From Verrucomicrobiales bacterium (lineage in GTDB: Bacteria; Actinomycetota; Acidimicrobiia; Acidimicrobiales; SHLQ01), in NCBI GenBank assembly GCA_047638715.1, contig JBLIMK010000004.1, positions 4,524-68,523 of the forward strand: DNA of 64,000 nt, read 5' to 3'. The translations under genes were made by a program, and so were the position numbers. This document shows, in pieces, positions 45,514-55,783 of the stretch (the first letter of the stretch is position 1; each line of letters begins with the position of its first letter). The notes below the pieces were generated by a model that made no database searches, was not told the DNA's origin, and saw only the letters and a program-made list of their open reading frames with translations.

Positions 45514-45613
45514 TCAGCTCCTCGATCGCGAAAGCTTTGGGTGGTCAAACTACACCGGCGGAGTTCCGACAAACACACCGGCGAGCTCTCATGAAGGCAA
45601 CTTCGCTCTTGGA

Positions 45614-46705
45614 CTACGCGATGGCGTAGAGGATCGGAACCAACATTTCCGCCTCGGTTACCGATCCATGTCGCCCGACCAGACGATCGGCGTGACGCTC
45701 ACCGGGATCGTCGAACCCGATCGGGGCGTGAGCCACCAAAGCCACGTCTCCCAGCCGCGAGGACGCCTCGGGAGTCACTGTTGGACCGAACCAGCCTTCG
45801 CTGACGATCTGGTCCCTCGTACGCACCCACGCAATGTCGCCATGTGCCTCGATGGCCGCAGCCTCGAGCTCGGCGGAGGCTCCTGGTTTTGCATGCAACC
45901 ATCGGAAGCGAGGTTCGCCCGAACGCCCGGTGCACAGCGAGAGACAGTGGCTCGACACCGGAACGATCTCGGGGGCCTCGATTTGACCATGGTCGGCGGT
46001 CACCACGAGGGCGGTGCCGGTCGGCAAGGCGTCGAGCATCGCCCCGACGAGCCAATCGCAGAACTGCAATTCGAGATTGAAGTAGGCGCCCGAGAAGCCA
46101 TGGATGTGCGCTGTGTGATCGAGACCGTCGTAGTAGGTGTAGATGTGGGTGTGTCCGGCGTCGAGTAGCTCTCGTGCGCCTGCGACGAGCGAGGACGGAT
46201 GCCAGATGCCGTGATACGGGGTACTGCCCAGATAGGCCTCGGTGAAGCCCGATCCAATAAATTGGCGATCGCCGACCACGTGCCAGTCGCCGCCCGCAAA
46301 TGCGGGCACGGGCTGAGCGTCGCTCGGCGAGACGATGTCGCGATGGTCGCCTGCCGGACTCGTCCAGCGAAGGGCGTTCATCACCGCGCCACCGATCGGA
46401 AACCGGTACCCGACGATGCCGTGTTCACCCGGTGCAACGCCGGTGGAGATCGACGTGAGCGCTGCCGCGGTAGTAGACGGCGCGACCGTCGTCGCCTTTG
46501 CTCCGTCCATTTGGGCCAGGTTTGGGGCGAGCTCCAGCCGTTCCTGAAGCTGCACCCATCCCAGAGAGTCCAGCACCAAGACGACAACGCGCTCCGCCGC
46601 TGCGATGTGGTCCGGAATCGATTCGCACGAGACACCCCAACTGAGAGCCGGCATGATCGAGATCGTCGACGCACCGGAGTACTCGGGGAGACACATCGTG
46701 GTCAT
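45614..46705 (-). CDS. alkaline phosphatase-superfamily enzyme (nucleotide pyrophosphatase/phosphodiesterase-like)
   Basis: LVLDSLGW, the nucleophile region PSTTAAALTSISTG, and TADHG. Its ATG overlaps the rluD stop (ATGA). Confidence 0.65.
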   Translation of the reverse strand: MTTMCLPEYSGASTISIMPALSWGVSCESIPDHIAAAERVVVLVLDSLGWVQLQERLELAPNLAQMDGAKATTVAPSTTAAALTSISTGVAPGEHGIVGYRFPIGGAVMNALRWTSPAGDHRDIVSPSDAQPVPAFAGGDWHVVGDRQFIGSGFTEAYLGSTPYHGIWHPSSLVAGARELLDAGHTHIYTYYDGLDHTAHIHGFSGAYFNLELQFCDWLVGAMLDALPTGTALVVTADHGQIEAPEIVPVSSHCLSLCTGRSGEPRFRWLHAKPGASAELEAAAIEAHGDIAWVRTRDQIVSEGWFGPTVTPEASSRLGDVALVAHAPIGFDDPGERHADRLVGRHGSVTEAEMLVPILYAIA

Positions 46706-47637
46706 TCGGGTACCTCTCCGGTTTCGGGTCGTCCAAACGACGTGATGACCGTTCTCATGTCGCTGGGCAACGGCGCCGAGAACTCGAGCCACTCCCCTGA
46801 CTCGGGATGTTCAAAGCCAAGCTCGGCGGCGTGCAACGCAGGACGTTCCATTCCGAGTGTGTCTCTTCCAGCGCCGTAGCGAACATCGCCCACGATCGGA
46901 TGGTGGATTGCTTGCATGTGCACTCGGATCTGGTGCGTGCGCCCGGTGTCGAGGGCGCACGAGAAGAGCGAGATGGTTGGTTCAGCCCAGGTCGCCAAGA
47001 CGGTGTACGACGTACGCGCGGCCTTGCCGTCTTCACGCACCACCATTCGAGTCGGGTCCCGGACAGCACGACCGATCGGGGCCTCGATGACTCCCCGAGG
47101 CGTCTTTGGGTGACCCCACGCGAGCGTGAGATACCGCCGGGAGACCGTGCGGTCGAACAATTGAGCCGTCAATGAATCGTAACCAACGAGCGAACGGGCA
47201 ACGGAGAACACACCGGAGGTGCCCTTGTCGAGGCGGTGAACTACGCCGGGTCGATTCGGTTGCCCGATGTCGCGAATCTCGGGAAACTTCGCGAGCAATC
47301 CTTGGATGATCGTTCCGGTCGTGTTTCCGGCGCCCGGATGAACGACCTGGCCCGCAAGCTTTCGCAGGACGATGACATGTTCATCGCTGTAAGCAATATC
47401 GAGCTCTACCGACGGATCTGGTTCGAGCTCGTCGGGCTCGTCGAGGATCGAATCATCGACGCTGAGCAGCTGTCCTGTAGCGACACGCTGGGATACCTTT
47501 TTGACGGCGACCGAGTCGAGAAGGACCAAACCATCGGCGATAGCCGTGGCCGCGGCGGACCGAGAGACGCCCGTGAACATAGACACGACGCGATCGACTC
47601 GTTCCCCGTCGAGGGGATCAGGGATTTCCTCAAGCAC
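46702..47637 (-). CDS. rluD: RluA/RluD-family 23S rRNA pseudouridine synthase
   Basis: N-terminal S4 domain, HRLDKGTSG catalytic motif; GTG start overlapping the lspA end by 8 nt. Confidence 0.85.
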   Translation of the reverse strand: MLEEIPDPLDGERVDRVVSMFTGVSRSAAATAIADGLVLLDSVAVKKVSQRVATGQLLSVDDSILDEPDELEPDPSVELDIAYSDEHVIVLRKLAGQVVHPGAGNTTGTIIQGLLAKFPEIRDIGQPNRPGVVHRLDKGTSGVFSVARSLVGYDSLTAQLFDRTVSRRYLTLAWGHPKTPRGVIEAPIGRAVRDPTRMVVREDGKAARTSYTVLATWAEPTISLFSCALDTGRTHQIRVHMQAIHHPIVGDVRYGAGRDTLGMERPALHAAELGFEHPESGEWLEFSAPLPSDMRTVITSFGRPETGEVPE

Positions 47638-48085
47638 GGGAACTCAAGACTGTAACCATGGCACCGCCGATGACGATCGCTGAATCGGCGATGTTGAAAA
47701 CGGGCCACCAGTCGCCGATCTCGAGAAAGTCGATGACCGCTCCCCCGAGGAATCCATCGCCTTCGCGAAAAAGCCGATCGATGACATTGCCGATCGCCCC
47801 ACCTTGGACCAACCCAAGCCCGAGGACCACCGAACGTTTCTCAATCGAGCGCACGATCCAAAAAAGCGCGATCGAGATCACGACCGCCAAGATTCCAAAC
47901 AGCGGGCCGAGGCCCTCGCCGAGCGAGAAAGCCGAGCCGCGGTTGTAAACGAGGCGAAGACCCGAACCGAACAGCCCGTCATAACTTGAGCCATCGAGCG
48001 CGCTGAGCGCCCACGCCTTGCTCAGCTGATCGATGAGAATGACCACGGTCGAGACGGTCAGAAGTTGCCAGCGTCTTGCTGTCAC
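47630..48085 (-). CDS. lspA: lipoprotein signal peptidase II
   Basis: NRGSAFS, GGAIGNVIDR and FNIADSAI motifs. The start is uncertain: GTG 48085 was chosen, and TTG 48142 or ATG 48229 would overlap the upstream gene. Confidence 0.85.
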   Translation of the reverse strand: MTARRWQLLTVSTVVILIDQLSKAWALSALDGSSYDGLFGSGLRLVYNRGSAFSLGEGLGPLFGILAVVISIALFWIVRSIEKRSVVLGLGLVQGGAIGNVIDRLFREGDGFLGGAVIDFLEIGDWWPVFNIADSAIVIGGAMVTVLSSRA

Positions 48086-48128
48086 CTCGGCGGGTGACAG
48101 CCTGATCGCTGGCGAGTCGCTCGTCGAC

Positions 48129-48755
48129 TCAGCGACGTCCAAGCCCGCCGACTTTGAACTCGACGCGCTGCGACGCCCAAGGAATGGCCTCGAGACGCTC
48201 CTTGGGGATCGGAAGGTCAGATTCGACACAAAGGCCGTAGACGCCGTTGGCGAGTCGTCCTAGCGCGGCGTCGATCTCCTCAACCGCCCATTGGGCCTGC
48301 GCGCTAAGCGCGAGATCGCGTTCGCGTTCGACCGAGAGCGTGTCGCCCTCTCCCGACTCTTCATCGAATTGGACATCGCCGGGCTCGCGGTCCAAGACCA
48401 AGGAATCGGCCTCCTCTCGATACGAAACGGCAGACCGGGTGTACTTCTCCCGCTCCTTCAAGAGCTCAGCTTCCTGCTTTTTGAGGAAGGGCTTCGTGAA
48501 TGCCTTTTTCGCGACCTTTTGATTTTCTTTACGCTTTGCTGCCGCCGCGGCTTGCGCCTCGTCGACCTTTGCTACCTCGGACAATGCGACTGCTGCCTTT
48601 GCTGGTGCCTTTTTGGCTGGCGCCTTTGCGGACGCCTTCTTTGGGGGTGATTTGCTTGCGGGCGCCTTCTTTGAAGGGGCCTTCTTGGCCACCGTCTCGA
48701 CTGGAGCCGTTGTCTTTTTTGATGCCGTCTTCTTTGCGGCTGCCTTCTTCGCCAC
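48129..48755 (-). CDS. DksA/TraR-like protein with N-terminal histone-H1-like Lys/Ala/Pro-rich domain
   Basis: GTG start. Residues 1-~75 are AKKA/PAKK repeats. The C-terminus (coiled coil plus GVYGLCVESDLPIPKERLEAIPWASQRVEFK) resembles the DksA/TraR zinc-finger region but retains only one Cys. Confidence 0.7.
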   Translation of the reverse strand: MAKKAAAKKTASKKTTAPVETVAKKAPSKKAPASKSPPKKASAKAPAKKAPAKAAVALSEVAKVDEAQAAAAAKRKENQKVAKKAFTKPFLKKQEAELLKEREKYTRSAVSYREEADSLVLDREPGDVQFDEESGEGDTLSVERERDLALSAQAQWAVEEIDAALGRLANGVYGLCVESDLPIPKERLEAIPWASQRVEFKVGGLGRR

Positions 48756-48951
48756 TCCAACACCTTTCTAAATTGCAATTCGCTCAACGAGGACATTGCA
48801 GATATCAGGCGAACGAGTCGCCACCCGGGCCTTGAGGCGAGCAGTCTAGGCGGACCAATTTCGATTCCCACGGACCCCGCTGCGGACGCGGCATTCATAG
48901 GCATTCGCGCCAGTCAATAGCGATCTGACGCTACGCCAGACCTGCGATTGG

Positions 48952-50235
48952 TCAGGAGTCGTTAGCGATGGGAAGCGCGTCGAGTGCTTCGGCAAAGCGG
49001 TCGACGAACGATGTTTTGCCCTCGACTTCATCCGTGCCGTCGTCGATGGACGCAACCTCGACATCGGAACCAAGGGTTGTGCCGAAAAGGGCTGTCGGCT
49101 CGTCCTCGAGCAAGACCAGGTTGTCATCGTTGTAGTCACCATCTATGGCGACCACCGGGATCGGTTCGGTGTTTGGACCAGCATCGAAGTCGACCTCATC
49201 GACGACGAGGGCAGCCTCGGCAAAGATCTCGTCGCGGGTAGCGAAGATCCCGTCGATGCGGCCATCGTCGCTCGTCTCGTCTTTAGCAGCTTCGCCGTCT
49301 GAAGCGTCGTAATAATCCGTCTGGACGCGGGTTGCGCCATCGACCAATGCAGCGCCTTTGATCGCAGCGTCCTCAACCTCGGCGATCGAGGAGGCGGGCG
49401 GCACGGCTTCGATCACTCGATCCATGATCTCGACATCGGGAGCCGCGGCGACGTCATCGCCCCTCGCCCCGCTGTGATCGAGCGCTGGTACCGAGGCCAT
49501 CAGGTAATCGTCCTCAGCAACCCGTTCGAGATCTTCGATCGAGCCGGACATCCCGACGCGCAACGCCTCGACCGCAGTCCGAACTCGAACACGCTGTTGC
49601 TCGAGATGGGATTCGAGGCCCGAAATGTCGTTGAGAAGGTTGCTTCGAATCGCTTCGAGCTGGGCTACTTCGGTGCGAACCGGTTCGCGCATAACGACCG
49701 CTTCGTCGTGCGCCGTCCGCTCGATCAGGGTGACACGATCCACGCCACGCTTTTCGGCCTCGGCGAGGATCGCCTCAGCCTGAGCCCGAGCCTCGGCCCG
49801 GTTCTTTGCCGCTTCTTCATTCGTCGTAACTCGAATCGACTCCGCCTCATTGCGTGCGGCGGTTAAGTCGACCTGTGCCGCCTCGCGCATCCCTCGCGAT
49901 TCAACATCGGCAGATGTCCGCAACTGTTCGGCCTCTGCCGTTGCAACCTCGATCAGCTCGGCTGCCGTGCGATTCGAGTCGGCCTCGGTCTCGTCGGCAA
50001 GGCGTTGCGCGAGAACGAGCGTGCGTCGCAGGGTTCCCTCGGTCTCGCTGCTTCCGCCACCATGTTGAATCTGGCCTTCGAGCTCAACGATTCGAGCCTT
50101 TGCGTCCTCGTTCTGATCGTGAACCGCCACGAGGTCCCCGCGCAGCTTTGCCAAGAATGCGTCCACCGCTTCGCAGTCATAGCCACGGAGGGCAAGCTCG
50201 AAGCGGACCTCTTTCAGTTCACGAACCAGATCCAT
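48952..50235 (-). CDS. divIVA: DivIVA-domain cell-pole/division protein (Wag31-like), long form
   Basis: N-terminal VRFELALRGYDCEAVDAFL DivIVA motif, coiled coil, and an acidic C-terminal half. Confidence 0.85.
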   Translation of the reverse strand: MDLVRELKEVRFELALRGYDCEAVDAFLAKLRGDLVAVHDQNEDAKARIVELEGQIQHGGGSSETEGTLRRTLVLAQRLADETEADSNRTAAELIEVATAEAEQLRTSADVESRGMREAAQVDLTAARNEAESIRVTTNEEAAKNRAEARAQAEAILAEAEKRGVDRVTLIERTAHDEAVVMREPVRTEVAQLEAIRSNLLNDISGLESHLEQQRVRVRTAVEALRVGMSGSIEDLERVAEDDYLMASVPALDHSGARGDDVAAAPDVEIMDRVIEAVPPASSIAEVEDAAIKGAALVDGATRVQTDYYDASDGEAAKDETSDDGRIDGIFATRDEIFAEAALVVDEVDFDAGPNTEPIPVVAIDGDYNDDNLVLLEDEPTALFGTTLGSDVEVASIDDGTDEVEGKTSFVDRFAEALDALPIANDS

Positions 50236-50294
50236 GTCCAGACACTAGTTTCGCCCTACCCGAGAGGCGGGTACCCCCGAACAACAGGAATCGA

Positions 50295-50900
50295 TCAGGA
50301 ATGCGGAACAATGCGGTCTTCGTCAGCGACCTCAACGTCGTCGGGGGTCAGGAGGTAGACGTCTTTGGCCACCTTTTCCATCTGACCACCAAGGCCATAA
50401 CAGAGTCCTGAGCTGAAATCGATCAATCGCCGAGCAAGATCGCGCTCAGCGCTCTGCATGTTTACGATGACCGGCTTCAGGTCCTTGAACATGTCAGCCA
50501 CATGCTGTGCGTCGTTGAACGACTTTGGGACGATGACCTGTGGTTTCGCAGTATTTGCCATAGGAACGACACGTACGGTGCCCGTCGAGGGTTCTTGACG
50601 TGCTGGAACGTTGTTCACACGGTTCTCGTTTTCCATTGGAATTGGCTTCACTGTTCCCTCTGCTCGGTCTCTTGCGCCACGTCGTGGGCGCAGAGGATCG
50701 TCGCCCAGACGCTCCGGTCGAGGTGTCTCCCTCGGTGTTGTCGCCGCCGCTGGACCGACATTTCTGACGGATGGCACTGCGGTCGGCATGGGCGCCTCTT
50801 GACGCTCGGGAACCGATCCGCGGACGACATCGACAACGTCGTCTGGGTACTCCTCGTTCAGCCCGAGCCAGACGACCGCCTTTTTGTAAAAGCCCGACAT
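50295..50900 (-). CDS. sepF: cell division protein SepF
   Basis: AGGAGG RBS and ATG 50900. MSGFYKKAVVWLGL N-terminal membrane-targeting helix, and a conserved C-terminal domain (PKSFNDAQHVADMFKDLKPVIVNM). Confidence 0.9.
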   Translation of the reverse strand: MSGFYKKAVVWLGLNEEYPDDVVDVVRGSVPERQEAPMPTAVPSVRNVGPAAATTPRETPRPERLGDDPLRPRRGARDRAEGTVKPIPMENENRVNNVPARQEPSTGTVRVVPMANTAKPQVIVPKSFNDAQHVADMFKDLKPVIVNMQSAERDLARRLIDFSSGLCYGLGGQMEKVAKDVYLLTPDDVEVADEDRIVPHS

Positions 50901-51006
50901 CAGGACCTCCTGCTTTCTCGAGTCGCTGTTCTCGCTCGCTGACCTATCAAGACTAGCCCTTGGATGAATGGCGTCCGAATCATCACACCCTGGATGACGT
51001 TCCCGG

Positions 51007-51654
51007 TCACTTCGGTGGCCGATCGCCGAACAGTACCGAACCGAGCCGCAGCATCGTGGCACCCGCTGACAATGCGTCGCGATAGTCCCCGCTCATGCCC
51101 ATCGAGCGCTCGGCCAGACCAAACTCATCGGCCAATCTGTTGACCTCGATGAAACTTGCGCGAGTCGCGTCGGGATCGCCGAGCACGCCGATCGTCATCA
51201 GGCCGGCGATATGCACGCCTTGTTCCTCACCGACGGACAACATCTCCTCGAGCGCTTCGGGCCCTACACCATCCTTGCTCTCGTCGCCGTAGGGACGAAC
51301 CTGAATAAGAACTCGTGGATTCGGCGCCCTCTTTGCGATCTCGGACAGAACCTCAGGTCGAGCAACGCTGTGCCATAGGTCGACGTAGTCCGCGATCTTC
51401 CGTACCTTGTTGCGCTGAATTCGACCCATGAAATGCACCGCCGTGTGCTCGTCCACGGCATCGGCCTTCTCAAGCAATTCTTGCGCGTAGTTTTCGCCAA
51501 CATCATGAACGCCGACTCGTTGAGCGCACTCGATGGCCGACCGATCGAAACCCTTGGTCACCGCAATGACCGTGACATCCTCGCGCCCGACATCGTCGAT
51601 CGTCTCGAGAACCTGAGCAAGTCGTTCCGACACAATCTCGTCTGGGGTCGTCAT
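51007..51654 (-). CDS. yggS: YggS/YlmE-family PLP homeostasis protein
   Basis: ATG 51654. AVTKG (PLP lysine), HFMGRIQRNK, MGMSGDY. The 191-codon upstream ORF extension was rejected. Confidence 0.85.
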   Translation of the reverse strand: MTTPDEIVSERLAQVLETIDDVGREDVTVIAVTKGFDRSAIECAQRVGVHDVGENYAQELLEKADAVDEHTAVHFMGRIQRNKVRKIADYVDLWHSVARPEVLSEIAKRAPNPRVLIQVRPYGDESKDGVGPEALEEMLSVGEEQGVHIAGLMTIGVLGDPDATRASFIEVNRLADEFGLAERSMGMSGDYRDALSAGATMLRLGSVLFGDRPPK

Positions 51655-51668
51655 TCGACGTTCGCTCG

Positions 51669-52367
51669 TCACGTGGTTGCCCCGACGATTCGAGCCACGA
51701 CAGCGTGTCGTTGCGTCTCTTTTCTCGCGCGGTGCGAAAAGCCCGAATTGGCGCAGGCCGTACAGCCTGCGACGAACTGCACATCGTCGACGCCTGCATC
51801 GGCGAAGGACTTCGTGATCGCGGCGCGCATGTCGAGGGCAGGCGACCCGCTCGACGTCACGCCTCGTACGTCCGATCCGAGGCGCGTTTCGACCTCGACA
51901 AGATCGGCGGCACCAAACTCGTAACACTCGGGACCGATCACGGGCCCGATGATCGCTCGCTCCACGCGAGCTCCGCGAGCGGCGAGTTCCTCGACGACCG
52001 AGCGAACCACTCCATTTATGAGACCGCGCCAGCCAGCGTGAGCAACCGCGATGGGACCGCGGTCGGTGATAAAGGCGATCGGCGCACAATCGGCACCCTG
52101 AACAGCGATTGGTTGGTCGACGAGATCTGTAATTATCGCATCGGCTTCTGGCGCCAGAGCAGCGCCTGCCCTGATCGAGGACGCGTCGGCTACCGATGTT
52201 CCGTGCACCTGGCGCACGACCGCCCAACGCCCGGGCATGACGTCTGCACGCCGGCTTTCGAGAGCGACGGGTTCGGCGTCGATATGAAAATCTCCATCGT
52301 CGCGATCGGTGGTGCCAACTTCGACGACAGAGCCGTCAGCCCGGATGAAATGGTGGGTCGCGCTCAC
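51669..52367 (-). CDS. pgeF: YlmD/PgeF laccase-domain (purine nucleoside phosphorylase-like) protein
   Basis: QVHG, ADCAPI, HAGWRG and C..C motifs. GTG 52367 lies 14 nt after the ftsZ stop. Confidence 0.8.
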   Translation of the reverse strand: MSATHHFIRADGSVVEVGTTDRDDGDFHIDAEPVALESRRADVMPGRWAVVRQVHGTSVADASSIRAGAALAPEADAIITDLVDQPIAVQGADCAPIAFITDRGPIAVAHAGWRGLINGVVRSVVEELAARGARVERAIIGPVIGPECYEFGAADLVEVETRLGSDVRGVTSSGSPALDMRAAITKSFADAGVDDVQFVAGCTACANSGFSHRARKETQRHAVVARIVGATT

Positions 52368-52380
52368 GAGGAGCGATACC

Positions 52381-53586
52381 TCATCGCAAGAACGACGGAA
52401 CGTCGAACTCGTCTTCGGGACCTTCGTCGTCATCTCCAACCTCGGCGAAAACATCGGCGATCTCGAGATCATCGTCGTCATCGGGCGCACCAATGCTGAA
52501 GGTCGACCTCGACGAGACGGACCTGGCACCGGCGGGTTCTTCGACCTCGCCCGACCTAGGGGTTGAGCCCCCGATCGGTGCATGATCGGCCATCGTCGTT
52601 GCCGACGAAGCAGCACCTACCGTCGCTGCTCCCGATTCCCATCGTTCGAAACCTGCAGCGATGACCGTCACCCGTACGTCGTCACCCATCTCGTCATCGA
52701 TAACGGCACCGAAGATGATATTCGCATCAGGGTGGGCAACACCGTGAATAACTTCGGCTGCCTCGTTCACCTCGAACAATCCGAGGTCGGAACCACCGGA
52801 GATATTGAGCAAGATGCCACGGGCACCCTCGATGGAGGCCTCGAGCAATGGCGAGCTGATCGCAGCGCGAGCTGCGGCCAAAGCGCGCCCTTCGCCGGAG
52901 GCATAACCGATGCCCATAAGCGCAGATCCTGCGTCGGACATGATCATCTTCACGTCGGCGAAGTCGGTGTTGATCAAGCCAGGGGTTGTGATGAGGTCGG
53001 TGATGCCTTGCACACCTTGCAAGAGGATTTCGTCGGCCATCTTGAAGGCGTTGAGAACCGATGTGTTCTCGTCGGAGACGGTGAGCAGCCGATCGTTGGG
53101 AATGACGATCTGGGTATCGACGTTCTCTTTGAGACGTTGGATGCCCTGTTCGGCTTGCACGGCGCGACGCCGTCCTTCGAAGCCGAAGGGGCGCGTGACA
53201 ACACCGATGGTCAGTGCTCCAACGCTCCGGGCAATCTCGGCGATCACGGGTGCAGCACCTGTTCCGGTGCCTCCGCCCTTGCCCGCCGTGATGAAGACCA
53301 TGTCAGCGCCGTTGAGTGTCGCCTCGATCTCGTCGCGGTGATCTTCGGCGGCTTGGCGGCCGATCTCGGGGTCAGAGCCTGCGCCGAGACCTCGCGTGAG
53401 CTCACGGCCGATGTCGAGTTTGATGTCGGCATCGCTCATCAATAGTGCTTGAGCGTCCGTGTTGACGGCAATGAAGTCGACGCCTTTTAGGCCCGCGTCG
53501 ATCATGCGGTTGACAGCGTTCACGCCGCCGCCGCCAACGCCGACCACCTTGATAACTGCAAGGTAGTTCTGGGGTGTTCCGTTCAT
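52381..53586 (-). CDS. ftsZ: cell division GTPase FtsZ
   Basis: GGAGGA RBS 9 nt before ATG 53586. [10 protein letters not shown] and [10 protein letters not shown] tubulin signatures, and a conserved C-terminal DVPSFLR peptide. Confidence 0.97.
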   Translation of the reverse strand: MNGTPQNYLAVIKVVGVGGGGVNAVNRMIDAGLKGVDFIAVNTDAQALLMSDADIKLDIGRELTRGLGAGSDPEIGRQAAEDHRDEIEATLNGADMVFITAGKGGGTGTGAAPVIAEIARSVGALTIGVVTRPFGFEGRRRAVQAEQGIQRLKENVDTQIVIPNDRLLTVSDENTSVLNAFKMADEILLQGVQGITDLITTPGLINTDFADVKMIMSDAGSALMGIGYASGEGRALAAARAAISSPLLEASIEGARGILLNISGGSDLGLFEVNEAAEVIHGVAHPDANIIFGAVIDDEMGDDVRVTVIAAGFERWESGAATVGAASSATTMADHAPIGGSTPRSGEVEEPAGARSVSSRSTFSIGAPDDDDDLEIADVFAEVGDDDEGPEDEFDVPSFLR

Positions 53587-53844
53587 GGGGCTGGTTCCTC
53601 CGGTCCCGATCATCGCGTAAGACTCCTGTGCGTGTGGCGCATCCTCGCATCCGACCACCTGGAAACCCCGGATGGGGTGAACAGATGATCGTTTGCGAGA
53701 TGCGTGCGCCTCACGGCCCCTACTCGCTGTGTGTGGTGCAGTAAGCACCCCACGTGAGAAAGGAAACCGCAGATTCGCAAAACTTGCAAAACGAGCAACA
53801 AAACTTCGAGAGGCTTTCCCGACATCCCAAGGCTACAGACAACG

Positions 53845-54798
53845 TCAGGAGAGCTGACGGGCCTCAACAAGACACTGAGGATTTCGATACAGCACCGGCG
53901 TATCCGCGACCATCAAGTCGATTCGCTCAAGGCAAATAAGGTCCGCGCCGCCGCTCAGGATCGATGCCAGAGAGACGTACTGGGTGCGGTGATCTTCCGT
54001 CGCGCCGAAGTGCACGGACGCGCTGCCAACGAGTTCGGCGACCACGTCGCCCGAGTCGTCGATCGACCATGTCGTAATCCATGGATCGAGTTGCAGCGGC
54101 AACTGCTGGGCAATAAGTAGTGCTCGGTCCACGCTGTCTATCGGCTGACCGATCGACGCCTCATCGAGGATCGACTCGGTCGCAACGATTACCGGTACGC
54201 CAGCAGAGGGGGTCATACGCGCCTCGACGACAACTCCGTCTTCGCCGACGACAATCCATTCATCGCCGTTCGGGCTCCCAATAGAAGCTGATGCTGTACG
54301 TTCTCGCACGACCACTCGAACGGTCGATGGCCATTGCCGTGTTACCGAAACCGACTTGACCCACGCCAACGTATCGACAGCGTCCTCGCCGACGCCCGTG
54401 CGGTAGGTCAGTAACGCTTGGTCATCCGGTATTGCTAGCGCCTCGAGGATCGCACCCTCGCTCGTGCGGGCAGCCCCACTTATCTGGACGTTCTCGGCCT
54501 CGAAGAACGGCGCTGCTATCACCGCGATTCCAAACGCGATGAGTGAACCGAAGGCGAAGAGCAGCAACTGATGAGCCGGGGAAATCTTCATCCGGCTCGG
54601 ACTGTCGGTGGCTGTTCGGGAGTCGTCCGCTCGAACCTTGACGGCACGTCGGGGCGCAATGGAGCGCGCCGAGGTCTCTTTGCTCTTCGTCGGCGTTGCT
54701 CGATGGGCGATCCTGCGGCGCGTGTCACCGTGTGCCGACGGGTTTGGACGAGGTCCGGGACGAGGGCGCGTCCGTGCCTGCCGATGTTGTTCAGCCAT
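53845..54798 (-). CDS. ftsQ: cell division protein FtsQ (POTRA domain) with Arg/Pro-rich cytoplasmic N-terminus
   Basis: Single TM helix then POTRA (VQISGAARTSEGAILEAL). ATG 54798 overlaps the murB end by 8 nt. Confidence 0.8.
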   Translation of the reverse strand: MAEQHRQARTRPRPGPRPNPSAHGDTRRRIAHRATPTKSKETSARSIAPRRAVKVRADDSRTATDSPSRMKISPAHQLLLFAFGSLIAFGIAVIAAPFFEAENVQISGAARTSEGAILEALAIPDDQALLTYRTGVGEDAVDTLAWVKSVSVTRQWPSTVRVVVRERTASASIGSPNGDEWIVVGEDGVVVEARMTPSAGVPVIVATESILDEASIGQPIDSVDRALLIAQQLPLQLDPWITTWSIDDSGDVVAELVGSASVHFGATEDHRTQYVSLASILSGGADLICLERIDLMVADTPVLYRNPQCLVEARQLS

Positions 54799-55783
54799 CG
54801 CTCGTCTCTTCCCTGGTCGTAGGGCTTCCCTGCACACGATCGACGAGATCGTCGTCGAATCCTACAAGTCGGGTCTCTGCGTGGAGATGGATGCCAACGT
54901 CATTCTTGACCTGTTCGACGACGTGCACCATCAGCGCAATGACGTCGTTGGCCGAACCGTCGGGGTCGGCCTGAATGAAGTTCGCGTGTTTCGTCGACAC
55001 CTCGGCAGATCCAATCCGATAACCCTTCAAGCCCGATGCATCGATGAGCCGGCCCGCGGAATCGCTCGGAGGGTTTGTGAAGACCGACCCAGCATTTGCA
55101 CCACCGGGCTGATGTTCTCTGCGCCACGCCACGATCTCGCGTAGGAGCTCTGCGCCGCTGTCGATGTCGCCTTCGGCCAACACGAGCCGTGCGCTGGCGA
55201 CGATCTGCCAGGGTGCGATCGAAGAGTGGCGATAGCTGAGGTCGAGAGACCCTGCACTGCGGGTGACGATCCCGCCGATCGTCAGGTCGGCGACATCGAC
55301 GGACACCAGACTCGCCGCCATATCGGATCCGTGACCGCCTGCGTTCATCCGGACGGCTCCGCCGATCGAACCGGGCACACCAACAGCCCAGGCAAAACCA
55401 TCGAGGCCGGCGTTGACCGTTGCTCGCGCCACCACAGGGAGCGCAGCTGCGCCACCAGCGATCGCATTCGTGCCGTCGATTTCGATCGTCGTGAACGCTT
55501 CGCCGAGCACGACGCCAACACCGTGGAAACCAGCGTCGGCCACGAGAAGGTTCGATCCCTTTCCAACCGTAAGCACCGGGGCGTTATGATCGTGTAGGGC
55601 CCCGACGGCAGCAGCGAGCGCCTCGCGAGTTTCGACGCGCAGCAAGATGTCGATCGGCCCGCCGACTCGGTAGGTGCAGAGCAGACCCGCTGAAACGGAT
55701 CGTTCCACCGTCGCTCCATCGATTTCGGACAGGGCCGCGGCAAGCGCGGTCGCCGCTGCCTCTTCTTCGGCGGTCCGGCTCAT
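54791..55783 (-). CDS. murB: UDP-N-acetylenolpyruvoylglucosamine reductase
   Basis: FAD-binding PCMH domain (YRVGGP, GKGSNLL), GSVFTNP; ATGA overlap with murC. Confidence 0.9.
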   Translation of the reverse strand: MSRTAEEEAAATALAAALSEIDGATVERSVSAGLLCTYRVGGPIDILLRVETREALAAAVGALHDHNAPVLTVGKGSNLLVADAGFHGVGVVLGEAFTTIEIDGTNAIAGGAAALPVVARATVNAGLDGFAWAVGVPGSIGGAVRMNAGGHGSDMAASLVSVDVADLTIGGIVTRSAGSLDLSYRHSSIAPWQIVASARLVLAEGDIDSGAELLREIVAWRREHQPGGANAGSVFTNPPSDSAGRLIDASGLKGYRIGSAEVSTKHANFIQADPDGSANDVIALMVHVVEQVKNDVGIHLHAETRLVGFDDDLVDRVQGSPTTREETSDG

